From: Acidimicrobiia bacterium
Lineage (GTDB): Bacteria > Actinomycetota > Acidimicrobiia > Spongiisociales > UBA11373
DNA: 64,000 nucleotides
Assembly (NCBI GenBank): GCA_016932695.1
Contig: JAFGCH010000071.1
Coordinates: 4,099 to 68,098, forward strand
Reading direction: 5' to 3'
A program made the position numbers and the translations under genes. Below the pieces are notes generated by a model. It was not told where the DNA came from. It searched no databases and saw only the letters and a program-made list of their open reading frames with translations. This document shows, one piece after another, positions 1 through 9,752 of the stretch (its first letter is position 1; the number at the start of each line of letters is the position of its first letter).

Positions 1-577
1 GGATGACCACCAGGGTCAGCGAGAGGCGGCGGTTCACCCGCAGGGCCATGAAGATGCCCCCCACCGACATGATCGGGGCCATCACCATCATCGTCAGGGC
101 CAGCAGCACCAGCATCTGCACCTGCTGCACATCGTTGGTGGCCCGGGTGATCAGCGAGTGCGTGCCGAAGCGGTTGAGCTCCATTTGGGAGAAGCTCTCT
201 ACCCGGCGGAACAGGGCCGCCCGCAGGTCTCGCCCGAAGGCCATTGAACTGCGGGATCCGACGTAGACACCCACGACCGCCGCCAGCCCGACGGCGAGGG
301 TTACCCCGAGCATGATGCCGCCGATCACCAGGATGTGGTGGGTGTCGCCCTTCACCACCCCGTTGTCGATGATGTCGGCGTTGAGAGTGGGCAGCCAGAG
401 GTTGGCGATGGCCTGGGCGGCGAGCAGGGTCACCACCAGCGCGATCGGCGCGCGGTAGGGGCGCAGGAAGGTGACGAAGACGCGGCGCAGCCCCCCGCCG
501 CCGGCCCGGATAGCCGTAGCGGCGCGGGGTGCGGTCGAGGGCGGCGATGGGGGAGAGGGAGCACCTGCAGGCGCCAC
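1..577 (-). CDS. ABC exporter, fused TM+ATPase (ABCB/TM287-like), 5' part; runs off the left edge
   Basis: My translation from GTG 577 gives ...FLRPYRAPIALVVTLLAAQAIANLWLPTLNADIIDNGVVKGD...RDLRAALFRRVESFSQMELNRFGTHSLITRATNDVQQVQML, typical of a heterodimeric ABC exporter TMD. It is not in the ORF track because there is no stop within the window. Confidence 0.9.
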   Translation of the reverse strand, partial: MAPAGAPSPPSPPSTAPRAATAIRAGGGGLRRVFVTFLRPYRAPIALVVTLLAAQAIANLWLPTLNADIIDNGVVKGDTHHILVIGGIMLGVTLAVGLAAVVGVYVGSRSSMAFGRDLRAALFRRVESFSQMELNRFGTHSLITRATNDVQQVQMLVLLALTMMVMAPIMSVGGIFMALRVNRRLSLTLVVI

Positions 578-701
578 GCCGCCATTCTGGCCGTTCGAGA
601 AGTGAGGGCAGCCGGGCGTGCTCGATATCTCATGGGGGAGGCTGTCCGGCGCCGGCAGCAATCACGGCGTAGGCTGCCCCCACATCTGTGGGGAGGTTGG
701 G

Positions 702-2195
702 ATGGAGCCTTTCGGCGACTATGAGCGTCACGACGCTACGGGCTTGGCCGACCTGGTCCGGCGCCGGGAAGTGCACCCGTTGGAGCTGTTCGAGGCGGCG
801 GCGCGGCGCATCGAGGAGCGAAACCCGGGGTTGAATGCCGTCGTCTACCCGGACTTGGAGCGCGCTCGCGCGGCGGCCGCCGCCGAGCCGCGGGAGGGAG
901 CCTTTGCCGGGGTGCCGTTCCTGGTCAAGGACATCGGCGCGGCAGTGGCCGGCCTCCCCTACACCGAGTCGTCCCATTCGCGCGTCGGCTACGTGGCTCC
1001 TGCCGACAACGAGATCGTCTCCCGCCATCGCCGGGCAGGGTTGGTCATTCTGGGCAAGACCAATACTCCCGAGATGGGCCTGGCGGTGATCACCGAGCCG
1101 GCATTGCACGGCCCGACCCGCAACCCCTGGGACCCGGACCGGACCCCGGGAGGATCCTCTGGGGGGTCGGCGGCGGCAGTGGCGGCGGGCATGGTTCCCT
1201 TGGCCCACGGCACCGATGGTGGCGGCTCCATCCGCATTCCCGCTTCCCATTGCGGCCTGTTCGGCCTCAAGCCGACGCGGGGACGGAGTACCTGGGGGCC
1301 GGAGCGAGTCGAGGACTGGCTGGGGCTCACCGAGCAGCACGGCCTCAGCCGGAGTGTGCGGGACTCGGCGCGCCTGCTCGACGCCACCTGCGGCGCTGCG
1401 CCCGGCATCCCGTACCGCTTGGCTTCTCCCTCACGTCCCTACGCCGACGAGGTGGGCGCTCCGCCGGGGAAGCTGCGCATTGGCTTCACAAGGCGAGCCC
1501 TGCTGGATGAGCGGCCGCAAGACCCCGAATGCGTTGCCGCCGTCGAGGAGGCAGCCCGCCTCTGCGCCGAGTTAGGCCACGAGGTCGCGGAGGTGCAGCT
1601 CCCCCTCGACATCCCCGTCATCGTTGATGCCTTCGTGACTCTGGCCGGGGTTCAGGCCGCCTTGGAGCTTGGGGTGAGTGAGCAACTCACCGGCCGCCGG
1701 GTTCGGCCCGGCGACGTCGAGCCGGTGACCTGGACTGCCCGGCTCATCGGAGACAAGCGAAGCGCCGCCGACCTTGGTCGGGCCCTCGGGATCATGCGGG
1801 ATCTCGGCCTGGCGATGGCGGCCTTCATGGAGGCCTACGACGTGGTCCTCACCGCGACCACCGCCCAGCCGCCGTGGCCCATCGGCCAGTACGACTTGAC
1901 GGGCGGACAACGCGCCATGCTCGGCGTCGTAGGGCGGGCGCCGGTGGGGCCCCTGCTGGGGGCGGTGGTGAAGCAGCTGTCGGGGGAGATCCTGGCCCAG
2001 ATGCCCAACACGCCGCTCTGCAACCTCACCGGGCAGCCGGCGATGTCGGTGCCGCTGCACTGGACCCCGGCCGGCTTGCCGGTGGGGGTCCAGTTCATCG
2101 GCCGGCTCGAGGAGGAGGGTCTGCTGTTCCGTCTGGCCTCGCAGCTGGAGGCGGCCCGCCCCTGGTGGGACCGCCGTCCGGCCTTGGCGGGCTGA
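702..2195 (+). CDS. Amidase signature family enzyme
   Basis: Motifs GVPFLVKD, TPGGSSGGSAAAVAAG and GTDGGGSIRIPAS (Ser-cisSer-Lys triad); SD GGGAGG before ATG 702. Confidence 0.93.
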   Translation: MEPFGDYERHDATGLADLVRRREVHPLELFEAAARRIEERNPGLNAVVYPDLERARAAAAAEPREGAFAGVPFLVKDIGAAVAGLPYTESSHSRVGYVAPADNEIVSRHRRAGLVILGKTNTPEMGLAVITEPALHGPTRNPWDPDRTPGGSSGGSAAAVAAGMVPLAHGTDGGGSIRIPASHCGLFGLKPTRGRSTWGPERVEDWLGLTEQHGLSRSVRDSARLLDATCGAAPGIPYRLASPSRPYADEVGAPPGKLRIGFTRRALLDERPQDPECVAAVEEAARLCAELGHEVAEVQLPLDIPVIVDAFVTLAGVQAALELGVSEQLTGRRVRPGDVEPVTWTARLIGDKRSAADLGRALGIMRDLGLAMAAFMEAYDVVLTATTAQPPWPIGQYDLTGGQRAMLGVVGRAPVGPLLGAVVKQLSGEILAQMPNTPLCNLTGQPAMSVPLHWTPAGLPVGVQFIGRLEEEGLLFRLASQLEAARPWWDRRPALAG

Positions 2196-2201
2196 GGCGG
2201 G

Positions 2202-4628
2202 CTACACCTCCACCTGCACGGCCACCACGGCTCCCGCCGGGGCGTAGGGCACCAGGGTGCCTTCGAGGTGGCGCCCATCCACGGTGACCCGCGGCGCGAC
2301 CCCGGTGCCGTGATTGGAGATTCCGATCCGGTAGGTGGCGCCTCGGCAGGAGCGCTCGACTTCGATTTCCGCGAGGTGGGCGGGGAGGCAGGGGGCGACG
2401 CGCAGCCCCTCCCACTCGGGCCGGACGCCCAGGAGGTGCTGGGTGATCGCCACCAGGTTCCAGGCCGCCGACCCGGTGAGCCAGGAGTTCTTGGCCTCGC
2501 CGTGCCGCGGGGCGTCCCGCCCGGCGATCATCTGGGCGTAGACGTAGGGCTCCAGGCGGTGGACCTCGGAGATCTCCTCGCGGAAGGCGGGGGCGATCTT
2601 GCTCCAGTACTCGAAGGCCCGCTCCCCGCGTCCCAGCCGGGTCTCGGCGATCACCAACCATGGGTTGGTGTGGCAGAAGACGCCGGCGTTCTCCTTGTAG
2701 CCGGGGGGATAGCTGGTGATCTCGCCCAGTTCGGGGTGATAGCGGGTGTAGGCGGGTTGGTGGAGCACCAGGCCGTGGGGGGTGTCGAGGCGGGCCCGCA
2801 CCGCGTCGAGGGCCCGGGCGGCCCGGCCGTCGGCCAAGCCCATGCCGGCCATCACACACATCCCCTGGGGCTCGATGTAGATCTGGCCTTCGGCGCACTC
2901 CCGCGAGCCCACCTTCTCCCCGAAGTAGTCGTAGGCCCGCAGGAACCACTCGCCGTCCCAGCCGTGGTCGGCCACCGCGGCGGTCATGCGAGCGGCCTCG
3001 GTGGTGGCGAGAGCGGCTTCTTCCGGCCTTCCGGCTGCTTGGGCCAGGCCGGCGTAGTCGGCAGCGGCATGGACGAACAGGCCGGCGATGAAGACCGACT
3101 CCGCGGTGCGCCCCGCCCGGTTCTGGGTGGTCTGGAAGGACTCGCCCGGCGCGCTGGAGAAACAGTTGAGGTTGAGGCAGTCGTTCCAGTCGGCCCGGCC
3201 GATGAGGGGGAGCCCGTGCGGCCCCAGGTTCTCCAGGGTGAAGTGGAAGGAGCGGCGCAGGTGCTCGAACAGGGTCGCGGCGTTCGCCGGGTCGTTGTCG
3301 AAGGGTACGGCCTCTTCGAGGATGGAGGGGTCGCCGGTCTCGCGCACGTAGGCCCCGGCGGCCTCGATCAGCCAGAGCGGGTCGTCGTTGAACCCGGAGC
3401 CGACGTCGTGGTTGCCCCGTTTGGTGAGGGGCTGGTACTGGTGGTAGGCGCTGCCGTCGGGGAACTGGGTGGCGGCGATGTCGAGGATCCGCTCCCGGGC
3501 CCGCTCCGGGACCAGGTGCACGAAACCCAGCAGGTCCTGGCAGGAATCGCGGAAGCCCATGCCCCGGCCGATGCCCGACTCGAAGTAGGAGGCACTGCGG
3601 GAGAGGTTGAAGGTGACCATGCACTGGTACGGATTCCAGGTGTTGACGATGCGGTCCACCCGGGGATCGTCGGAGCGCACCCGGCAGATGCCGAGCAGGC
3701 CCTCCCAGTAGGCCTTCAGGTCGGCGCGGGCTTCGTCTACGGCGACGGCGTCGGCGAAGCGGGCGAGGACGGCCCGTGCCGGGGCTTTGTTCGCCACGCC
3801 GGGGGCTTCCCACTTGTCCTCCGGAGGGACCTCGGCGTAACCCAGGACGAAGACCAGGTCGGCCTCTTGCCCCGGCGCCAGGCTCACCTCGACCTGATGG
3901 GAGGCGATGGGGAACCAGCCGCTGGCCCGGGAGTTGCAGGCCGCTCCGGCGAAGGGCACCTCGGGATGGTCCCAGCCGCGGCCCGGGCCGAAGAAGGCAT
4001 CCCGGTCGGTTTCGAAGCCGGCGAGGGGGGCATTCACCCCGTAGAAGGCGTAGTGGTTGCGGCGCTCCCGGTACTCGGTGACGTGGTAGATGGTGCTGCC
4101 TTCGACCTCGATCTCACCCAGGGAGAGGTTGCGCTGGAAGTTGGTCTGGTCGTCCAGGGCATCCCAGAGGCAGAACTCGATCAGGGAGAAGACCTGGATC
4201 TCCCGGCGCCGGCCGCTCCGGTTGCGCAGGCGCAGGCGATGCACCTCGGCGTTGGTCCCCATCGGCACGAAGTACAGGATTTCGGCCGCCAGGCCGTCGC
4301 GTTCGGCGGCTATCGAGGTGTAGCCGAGTCCGTGGCGGCACTCGTAGCGGTCCAGGGGGGCGCGCACCGGCGCCCAGGTGGGGCACCAGACCTCGCCGCC
4401 GTCGTTGAGGTAGAAGTAGCGGCCGCCGGTGTCGGCGGGGAGATTGTTGTAGCGGTAGCGGGTGAGGCGGCGCAGGCGGGCATCGCGGTAGAAGCAGTAG
4501 CCGCCTCCGGTGGAGGAGATCAGGCCGAAGAACTCCTCGGCACCCAGGTAGTTGATCCACGGGTGGGGCGTCTCGGGAGTGGTGATGACGTACTCCCGGG
4601 CGGCATCGTCGAAGTGCCCGAACCGCAT
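2202..4628 (-). CDS. GH94 cellobiose phosphorylase
   Basis: [73 protein letters not shown]; 808 aa. Confidence 0.93.
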   Translation of the reverse strand: MRFGHFDDAAREYVITTPETPHPWINYLGAEEFFGLISSTGGGYCFYRDARLRRLTRYRYNNLPADTGGRYFYLNDGGEVWCPTWAPVRAPLDRYECRHGLGYTSIAAERDGLAAEILYFVPMGTNAEVHRLRLRNRSGRRREIQVFSLIEFCLWDALDDQTNFQRNLSLGEIEVEGSTIYHVTEYRERRNHYAFYGVNAPLAGFETDRDAFFGPGRGWDHPEVPFAGAACNSRASGWFPIASHQVEVSLAPGQEADLVFVLGYAEVPPEDKWEAPGVANKAPARAVLARFADAVAVDEARADLKAYWEGLLGICRVRSDDPRVDRIVNTWNPYQCMVTFNLSRSASYFESGIGRGMGFRDSCQDLLGFVHLVPERARERILDIAATQFPDGSAYHQYQPLTKRGNHDVGSGFNDDPLWLIEAAGAYVRETGDPSILEEAVPFDNDPANAATLFEHLRRSFHFTLENLGPHGLPLIGRADWNDCLNLNCFSSAPGESFQTTQNRAGRTAESVFIAGLFVHAAADYAGLAQAAGRPEEAALATTEAARMTAAVADHGWDGEWFLRAYDYFGEKVGSRECAEGQIYIEPQGMCVMAGMGLADGRAARALDAVRARLDTPHGLVLHQPAYTRYHPELGEITSYPPGYKENAGVFCHTNPWLVIAETRLGRGERAFEYWSKIAPAFREEISEVHRLEPYVYAQMIAGRDAPRHGEAKNSWLTGSAAWNLVAITQHLLGVRPEWEGLRVAPCLPAHLAEIEVERSCRGATYRIGISNHGTGVAPRVTVDGRHLEGTLVPYAPAGAVVAVQVEV

Positions 4629-4773
4629 CCCGTCCTCCCAGATTCGCCGGGGCCGCGCCGCCGAGCGGCGGTCGTGGGCCTGCGGCCAGGGTAGCCGGAC
4701 CGCCCCACCCCCAAAGGGCGCGGGAGGGGGAGAGGAACGGACTGCGGCGGCGGTCTGCCGCCCCGCAGCGAGG

Positions 4774-5469
4774 TCAGTCGTGCAGGCCGAAGCGATCGGC
4801 GATGGCCGCCGCCTCCTGTTCCCACAGCAAGCCGGGGTCGGGGTAAGCCCACTGGAGATGGCCGGCAACTTCGAGGGCGGCCAGGCCGTGCCAGTGCGCC
4901 CAGGCCCCCAGCATCACCGGCACGGCCGCTTCGGGGAAGCCGGGAGCGTGCCGGGTGATCTCGGCGGCTATCTCGGACTCCTCGGGGGTGGGGGGGCGCG
5001 CCGCGGGTGCTACCTGCAGCGCCCCACGGTTCCAGGCGTAGGCGGCGGTGCCGAAGAAGGCGTCGCCCATGCGGCGCACCGCGGCCACGGTGGGGCCATC
5101 TTCGGGGGCGGCGTACCCGGGGATGGGGGTGCCGAAGATGAGGTGGAAGCGGTTGGGGTGTCCCACCGCCCAATCGCGGTAGGCGAGAATGCCGGAGACG
5201 AGGCGCTTGCGGGGAGAGGGCCCGGCAACGCCGATGGCCTCCTCCACCGCGATGGCCAGGTCCAGGTAGGCGTCCGCCACCAGCGCAGTGAGCAGGGCGT
5301 CGCGGCCGTCGAAGTAGCGGTATAGGCCGGCCGGGCTCATCCCGATGGCGGCGGCCAGGCTACGGAGCGAGAGGTTGGGAGCGCCGCGGGCGGCGATCTG
5401 GGCCAGGGCCGCCTCTTTGATCTCGGCGAGAGTGGCTGCCCGATGCTGGGCACGTCGTCCGACCGGCAT
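4774..5469 (-). CDS. TetR family regulator (WHG-type C-terminus)
   Basis: [25 protein letters not shown]-terminal WAHWHGL; divergent from the epimerase gene. Confidence 0.9.
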   Translation of the reverse strand: MPVGRRAQHRAATLAEIKEAALAQIAARGAPNLSLRSLAAAIGMSPAGLYRYFDGRDALLTALVADAYLDLAIAVEEAIGVAGPSPRKRLVSGILAYRDWAVGHPNRFHLIFGTPIPGYAAPEDGPTVAAVRRMGDAFFGTAAYAWNRGALQVAPAARPPTPEESEIAAEITRHAPGFPEAAVPVMLGAWAHWHGLAALEVAGHLQWAYPDPGLLWEQEAAAIADRFGLHD

Positions 5470-5498
5470 GGCCCCAGCATAGCAGGCACCGTTTGCTC

Positions 5499-5536
5499 TG
5501 CGAACATGTATCGCTAATATGCGAGTAGCGTTCGCA
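5499..5536. promoter_or_regulatory. Tandem putative TetR operators GCGA-N7-TCGC in the divergent promoter
   Basis: GCGAacatgtaTCGC (5500-5514) and GCGAgtagcgtTCGC (5521-5535); the whole unit is flanked by the TGCGAAC/GTTCGCA inverted repeat. Confidence 0.7.
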
Positions 5537-5553
5537 TATCTAGGAGGAGAGAG

Positions 5554-6492
5554 ATGAGCGGTCTCCATGTGGTGTTGGGAGCGGGGGGCGGACTGGGTCG
5601 GGCCATCGCCGCCGAAGCAGCCTCCCGGGGTCTCCCGGTGCGGGCGGTCAACCGCGGGGGGGATGTCGACCTGCCCGGTGTGGCCGCGGTGGCCGCCGAT
5701 GTGGAAACGGCCGACGGAGCCGCCCGAGCCGTCAACGATGCCGGGGTGGTCTACATGGCCGCTCAACCCCCGTATCACGAGTGGCCGGGGAGGTTCCCCG
5801 GCATGCTGCGCACGGTCGTCGACGCCACGGCCGCCGCCGGTGCCCGGCTGGTGATGGTGGACAACCTCTACGGCTACGGACCGGACGCGGGACCGATGAG
5901 TGAGGCCGGTCCCGAGCGGGCGACCGATGCCAAGGGCCGGACGCGACGCGAGATGACCGGCTTGCTGCTCGCCGCCGACCGGGAGGGCCGGCTGCCGGTG
6001 CTCATCGGGCGCCTGTCGGACTACTTCGGTCCGCACGGCGACAACAGCACGGTTTCCGCCCTGGCGGTGATTCCGGGGGCCGCCGGCAAGCCCATCCGCT
6101 GGCCGGGCAGCCTGGACGCTCCCCACTCCGTGGCCTATCTGCCCGATGCCGCCCGGGCCTTCGTCACCCTCGCCGCCACCCCGTCGGCCTGGCGCCGTAT
6201 CTGGGTTCTGCCCCATGCCCCCGCCGTCACCGGCGGCGAGATTCTCGGCATGGTGAACCGGGCCTTGCCCCGGCCGGTGAAGACCGCCCGCCTGGGGATG
6301 GGCCTGCTCCGCCTGGCTGCCCCCTTCCACAGGCCTTCGCGGGAGATCCTGGGCATCGGCTACCAGTTCACCGCGCCGTTCGTGGCCGACGACGCGGCCT
6401 TCCGGCAGGCCTTCCCCGAGTTCGCCGTCACTCCGCTGGATCGGGCGATGGCCGAGACCGTCGCTTGGTACCGCAGCCGCCTCGCCGCCTAG
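5554..6492 (+). CDS. NAD-dependent epimerase/dehydratase (atypical SDR)
   Basis: HVVLGAGGGLGR Rossmann motif, DNLYGYG, DYFGP; SD AGGAGG. Confidence 0.88.
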   Translation: MSGLHVVLGAGGGLGRAIAAEAASRGLPVRAVNRGGDVDLPGVAAVAADVETADGAARAVNDAGVVYMAAQPPYHEWPGRFPGMLRTVVDATAAAGARLVMVDNLYGYGPDAGPMSEAGPERATDAKGRTRREMTGLLLAADREGRLPVLIGRLSDYFGPHGDNSTVSALAVIPGAAGKPIRWPGSLDAPHSVAYLPDAARAFVTLAATPSAWRRIWVLPHAPAVTGGEILGMVNRALPRPVKTARLGMGLLRLAAPFHRPSREILGIGYQFTAPFVADDAAFRQAFPEFAVTPLDRAMAETVAWYRSRLAA

Positions 6493-6507
6493 ATGGGCGC
6501 CCCGGCC

Positions 6508-7281
6508 TCACTGCTCCAGCGCCAGTAGGGCCGCCCCGTAGGCGCCCATCAGCTGCGGATGCGGGGGCAGGACGACGGCCATCCCGGCGGCCTCCTCCAT
6601 CATCACCCGCACTCCGGCATTGAGGGCTACCCCGCCCGACAGGATCAGCGGCGGCTCCAGGCCCACGGTGCGGGCCATGGCCACGATGCGCCCCACCAGG
6701 GAGCGGTGCAGGCCCCGGATGATGGCGTCGAGGTCGGCGCCCCGGCCGATCAAGGAGATGATCTCCGACTCGGCGAAGACGGTGCAGGTCGAGGAGATGG
6801 GCTCCTCCTCTCGGGCCGCCAGCGCCCGGGTCCCGAGTTCGGCCACCGGGACCCCGAGGCGGCCGGCGGTGTGCTCCAGGAAGCGCCCCGTGCCGGCGGC
6901 GCACTTGTCGTTCATGGCAAAGTCCACCGGCCGGCCGCCCTCCCCGATGCGGATGGCCTTGGCGTCCTGGCCCCCGATGTCCACCAGGGTGCCGCCGTGG
7001 CCCAGGGCTCGGAACACGCCCCGGGAGTGGCAAGTGATCTCGGTGACGCAGCGCACCGCCACCCGGACGAGTTGGCGCCCGTAGCCGGTGGCCACCACGG
7101 GAGGCGGCTCTGCCGTCCCGAGGTCCGCGGCCAAGGCGGCCACCATCGCCGCCGCCTGCTCCTCCAGGCGGGGTCGGGTCGCCTCGAGGCGGGAAGCCAC
7201 CAACGTGCCGGTGGCGTCCACCGCCACCGCCTTGCAGGTGGTGGACCCGGCATCGACCCCGAAAGCCAGCACTCGACTCAT
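6508..7281 (-). CDS. 2-hydroxyacyl-CoA dehydratase activator (HgdC/HadI, BadF/BadG ASKHA ATPase)
   Basis: GVDAGSTTCK, ATGYGR, DIGGQDAK, FAMNDKCAAGTGRFLE, ISSTCTVFAESE. Confidence 0.92.
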   Translation of the reverse strand: MSRVLAFGVDAGSTTCKAVAVDATGTLVASRLEATRPRLEEQAAAMVAALAADLGTAEPPPVVATGYGRQLVRVAVRCVTEITCHSRGVFRALGHGGTLVDIGGQDAKAIRIGEGGRPVDFAMNDKCAAGTGRFLEHTAGRLGVPVAELGTRALAAREEEPISSTCTVFAESEIISLIGRGADLDAIIRGLHRSLVGRIVAMARTVGLEPPLILSGGVALNAGVRVMMEEAAGMAVVLPPHPQLMGAYGAALLALEQ

Positions 7282-8597
7282 CCCCCCATCATTTCCACGA
7301 AGGCCTCCAGCCGCCCGGCGGCCTGCTCGGCGGCGAAGGCACGGGGGTCGTTGTGGTCGGCGTCGAGGAGCAACGCCGGCACCCCGACCTGGTTGACCAG
7401 CCCGTCGCGCTGGTCGATTTGGCCCAGCGAGTAGGGCTTGCAGGAGCGGTCGGAATGCAGGATGACGCCGTCGGCGGAGAAGTTGCGCACCATGGCGCGC
7501 ATCGCCTCGAGCTTCTGCCCGGCGGAGCGGTTGAGGATGGGGTGCAGGTAGACCCGGGCCATGGATGCGAAGGGGTTCGCCGGGTCCATCAGCGGGGCCA
7601 GTTCCCCCCAGGCGTGAGCGTAGGTGGAGGCCACGACGTTCACCCCGCGCTGCGCCAGCCACTGCGACAGTGGGCCGAGCCGGTACCAGATGGGCAGGTT
7701 GTCCCACAGCACCCGGTAGCGCTCCTCCCGAACGGCACCCACCCCGGAGGCGATGCGCCGGTCCACTTCGGCGAGCAGCATCCGGTAGTAGTCGGTGGTG
7801 GCCTGCTCCCCGCGCAGGTCCACGATGGGCCCCAGGTGGGTGAAGGCATCGAAGGCGGTAAGGGGGGAGGGGCGGTGGCGGGCCCGCTCCAGGATCTCCA
7901 GCCAGGTCTCGCTGGCCTCCTTGGCCCGGGCTACCACCCTGATGAACTCCTGTTCCGAGAAGGGCCGGCGGGCCGCTCGCTCGGCGACGGGCACGATGTC
8001 CTCCAGTTGACGGCGGACGTAGGCCACCTCGTGGGGCTGTGGCTGCGGCCCGTACTGGAAGGGAGTGTCCACCAGCAGCAGCGGGCAGCCGAAGTGGTCC
8101 GCCAGCACGCGGTACCAGTAGAGCACCGTCTGGCAGATGTTGGTGCAGCAAAGGAGCAGGTCGGGGCGGGGTAGGCGGCCGACCGGGGTCTCCCCGGAGA
8201 GGAGGGAGCCGATGTCGGTGCGGGCGTAGGAGCATATGTCGCGCGAGTAACCGGCGTCCTCGGCCACCTCGCACAGGTGCTGGGCCCGGCGGCGGGCGCC
8301 GCACAGGGCGGCATGGTTCTCCGGGTAGATAACGAAGAACCCCAGGGTGAGCAGGATCTCGGTGGGGGCGCCGCTGGTTACCCAGGCCACGGGACGCACC
8401 CCGGAGGCGTGGCGTCCCTCCAGGTAGTGGCCCGACATCATCTCCTTCATGCGGGTGATGCTGCGCAGCGGGGGGGCCAGCGGCCGCTCCGGGTCGCCGA
8501 AGCGGCGGTTCAGGCGCCGCTCATCCCGATAGCGCTGCAGGCGCAGTAGCGGTCGGCCGGCCAGCCGGTAGCCCAGCAGATGCCCCAGGCGGCTCAT
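7278..8597 (-). CDS. 2-hydroxyacyl-CoA dehydratase subunit (HgdA/HadB-like)
   Basis: YPENHAALC, GYSRDICSYARTDIG, TNICQ, HSDRSCKPYS; 4-bp overlaps with both neighbours. Confidence 0.88.
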   Translation of the reverse strand: MSRLGHLLGYRLAGRPLLRLQRYRDERRLNRRFGDPERPLAPPLRSITRMKEMMSGHYLEGRHASGVRPVAWVTSGAPTEILLTLGFFVIYPENHAALCGARRRAQHLCEVAEDAGYSRDICSYARTDIGSLLSGETPVGRLPRPDLLLCCTNICQTVLYWYRVLADHFGCPLLLVDTPFQYGPQPQPHEVAYVRRQLEDIVPVAERAARRPFSEQEFIRVVARAKEASETWLEILERARHRPSPLTAFDAFTHLGPIVDLRGEQATTDYYRMLLAEVDRRIASGVGAVREERYRVLWDNLPIWYRLGPLSQWLAQRGVNVVASTYAHAWGELAPLMDPANPFASMARVYLHPILNRSAGQKLEAMRAMVRNFSADGVILHSDRSCKPYSLGQIDQRDGLVNQVGVPALLLDADHNDPRAFAAEQAAGRLEAFVEMMGG

Positions 8598-9673
8598 TGC
8601 AGCGTCTCCATGAACGCCTCCAAGCGGGTGAGGGTCTGCTGGCTGAGGCCCCCGCCCAGTTCGACCTCCAGGTGGAGCAGGGGGTAGCCGGCGGCGCCCA
8701 GATGGGCCCGCAAGCGGGGGATGTCGAACAGCTCCGGCTCGCAGAACTTGGGGTCGTAGATCACCAGGCCGCGGGCGCCGGTGGCCCGCAGCCGGGTCAG
8801 CAACTCCTGTGCTCGGGCGGCGATGGGGTCCCCGCGGGTCGGGTCGGGGGGGCCGCCGAGCAGCCGGGCGGCGAGGCGCTCGTACGGGTCGCCCCCGTCC
8901 TCGAGCGGGTAGACACGCCGCCACCCGCTCGCCAGGTCGTCGGCCACCACCCGGGCTCCCATGGCGGCGAGGTGTTCGAAGAGGTCGAGGGGCTCGGCCA
9001 CGATGCCCGACAGCATGAGGGGTAGGCCCCCGGGTGGGTCCCCGGCAGGGAGAGACCCGGCGACGGCGGTGAAGTCCTCGGCGGCAAGGAACTCCCGGGA
9101 GCGCACCACCGCGTAGAAGTCACGGTCGGTGACGGCCAGGCCCGCCCGGCGGGCAAAGAGGGAGGCCAGCGCCCGGTCGGCGGCGCCCTCGGCGGCGAAG
9201 GCTTCTTCCCAGGCGTCGTCGTCGGGGACCTTTCCGGAGATCCCCGCCAGGGACTCGGCCAGCCGATGCAGCTCGGCCGCCAGGAACTCCCCATCGACCG
9301 GCCGGCGGCCGCGGGGCAGGTAGAGGGTGAGGACCGGCGGGGTGGGCCGCACGAAGTCGCCGAGCACCGACCCCATCCCCTGGAGGGCGTCGCAGGTGTG
9401 GGGGATGAGTAGGGCATCCACCGTGTCGAGCCCGCCCTGCAGCAGGAAGGAGGTGGCGCGCACCACGATGTCGCAGGTGTAGGCCTGGAAGTGGCGGCTG
9501 CCTTCGTCGCGGGACACCCCCGGCGGGCCCCAGAGCTCGACGGGGTGGAAGCCGTGGGCGCGCAGCAGCGGGCGGGGGTAGTGGTAGGGAAGGACTCCGG
9601 CGACTCGGAGCCCGGTGGCGTGGGCGCGGGCCACGACCTCGCGACGGGTGGGCAGGACGGGCCTGGCGGTCAT
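8594..9673 (-). CDS. 2-hydroxyacyl-CoA dehydratase subunit (HgdB/HadC-like)
   Basis: QAYTCDIV, PHTCDALQ, PKFCEPELFD, QTLTRLEAFMETL. Confidence 0.88.
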   Translation of the reverse strand: MTARPVLPTRREVVARAHATGLRVAGVLPYHYPRPLLRAHGFHPVELWGPPGVSRDEGSRHFQAYTCDIVVRATSFLLQGGLDTVDALLIPHTCDALQGMGSVLGDFVRPTPPVLTLYLPRGRRPVDGEFLAAELHRLAESLAGISGKVPDDDAWEEAFAAEGAADRALASLFARRAGLAVTDRDFYAVVRSREFLAAEDFTAVAGSLPAGDPPGGLPLMLSGIVAEPLDLFEHLAAMGARVVADDLASGWRRVYPLEDGGDPYERLAARLLGGPPDPTRGDPIAARAQELLTRLRATGARGLVIYDPKFCEPELFDIPRLRAHLGAAGYPLLHLEVELGGGLSQQTLTRLEAFMETLQ

Positions 9674-9752
9674 GCCGGGCCCATTCTGGTCCTTCGGTTC
9701 CGGGCGACGGAGGGAGTTTCCGCCCGGCGCAGCCTACGGCCCGGGCCGGGGC

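Noticed and set aside
2268..4694. Long antisense or alternative-frame ORFs (808 aa here; also 21828-24599, 32441-35212, 55400-57391, 58890-60773)
   Set aside because: They are shadows of real high-GC genes, Arg/Pro/Gly-rich with no motifs, and are expected where stop codons are scarce.
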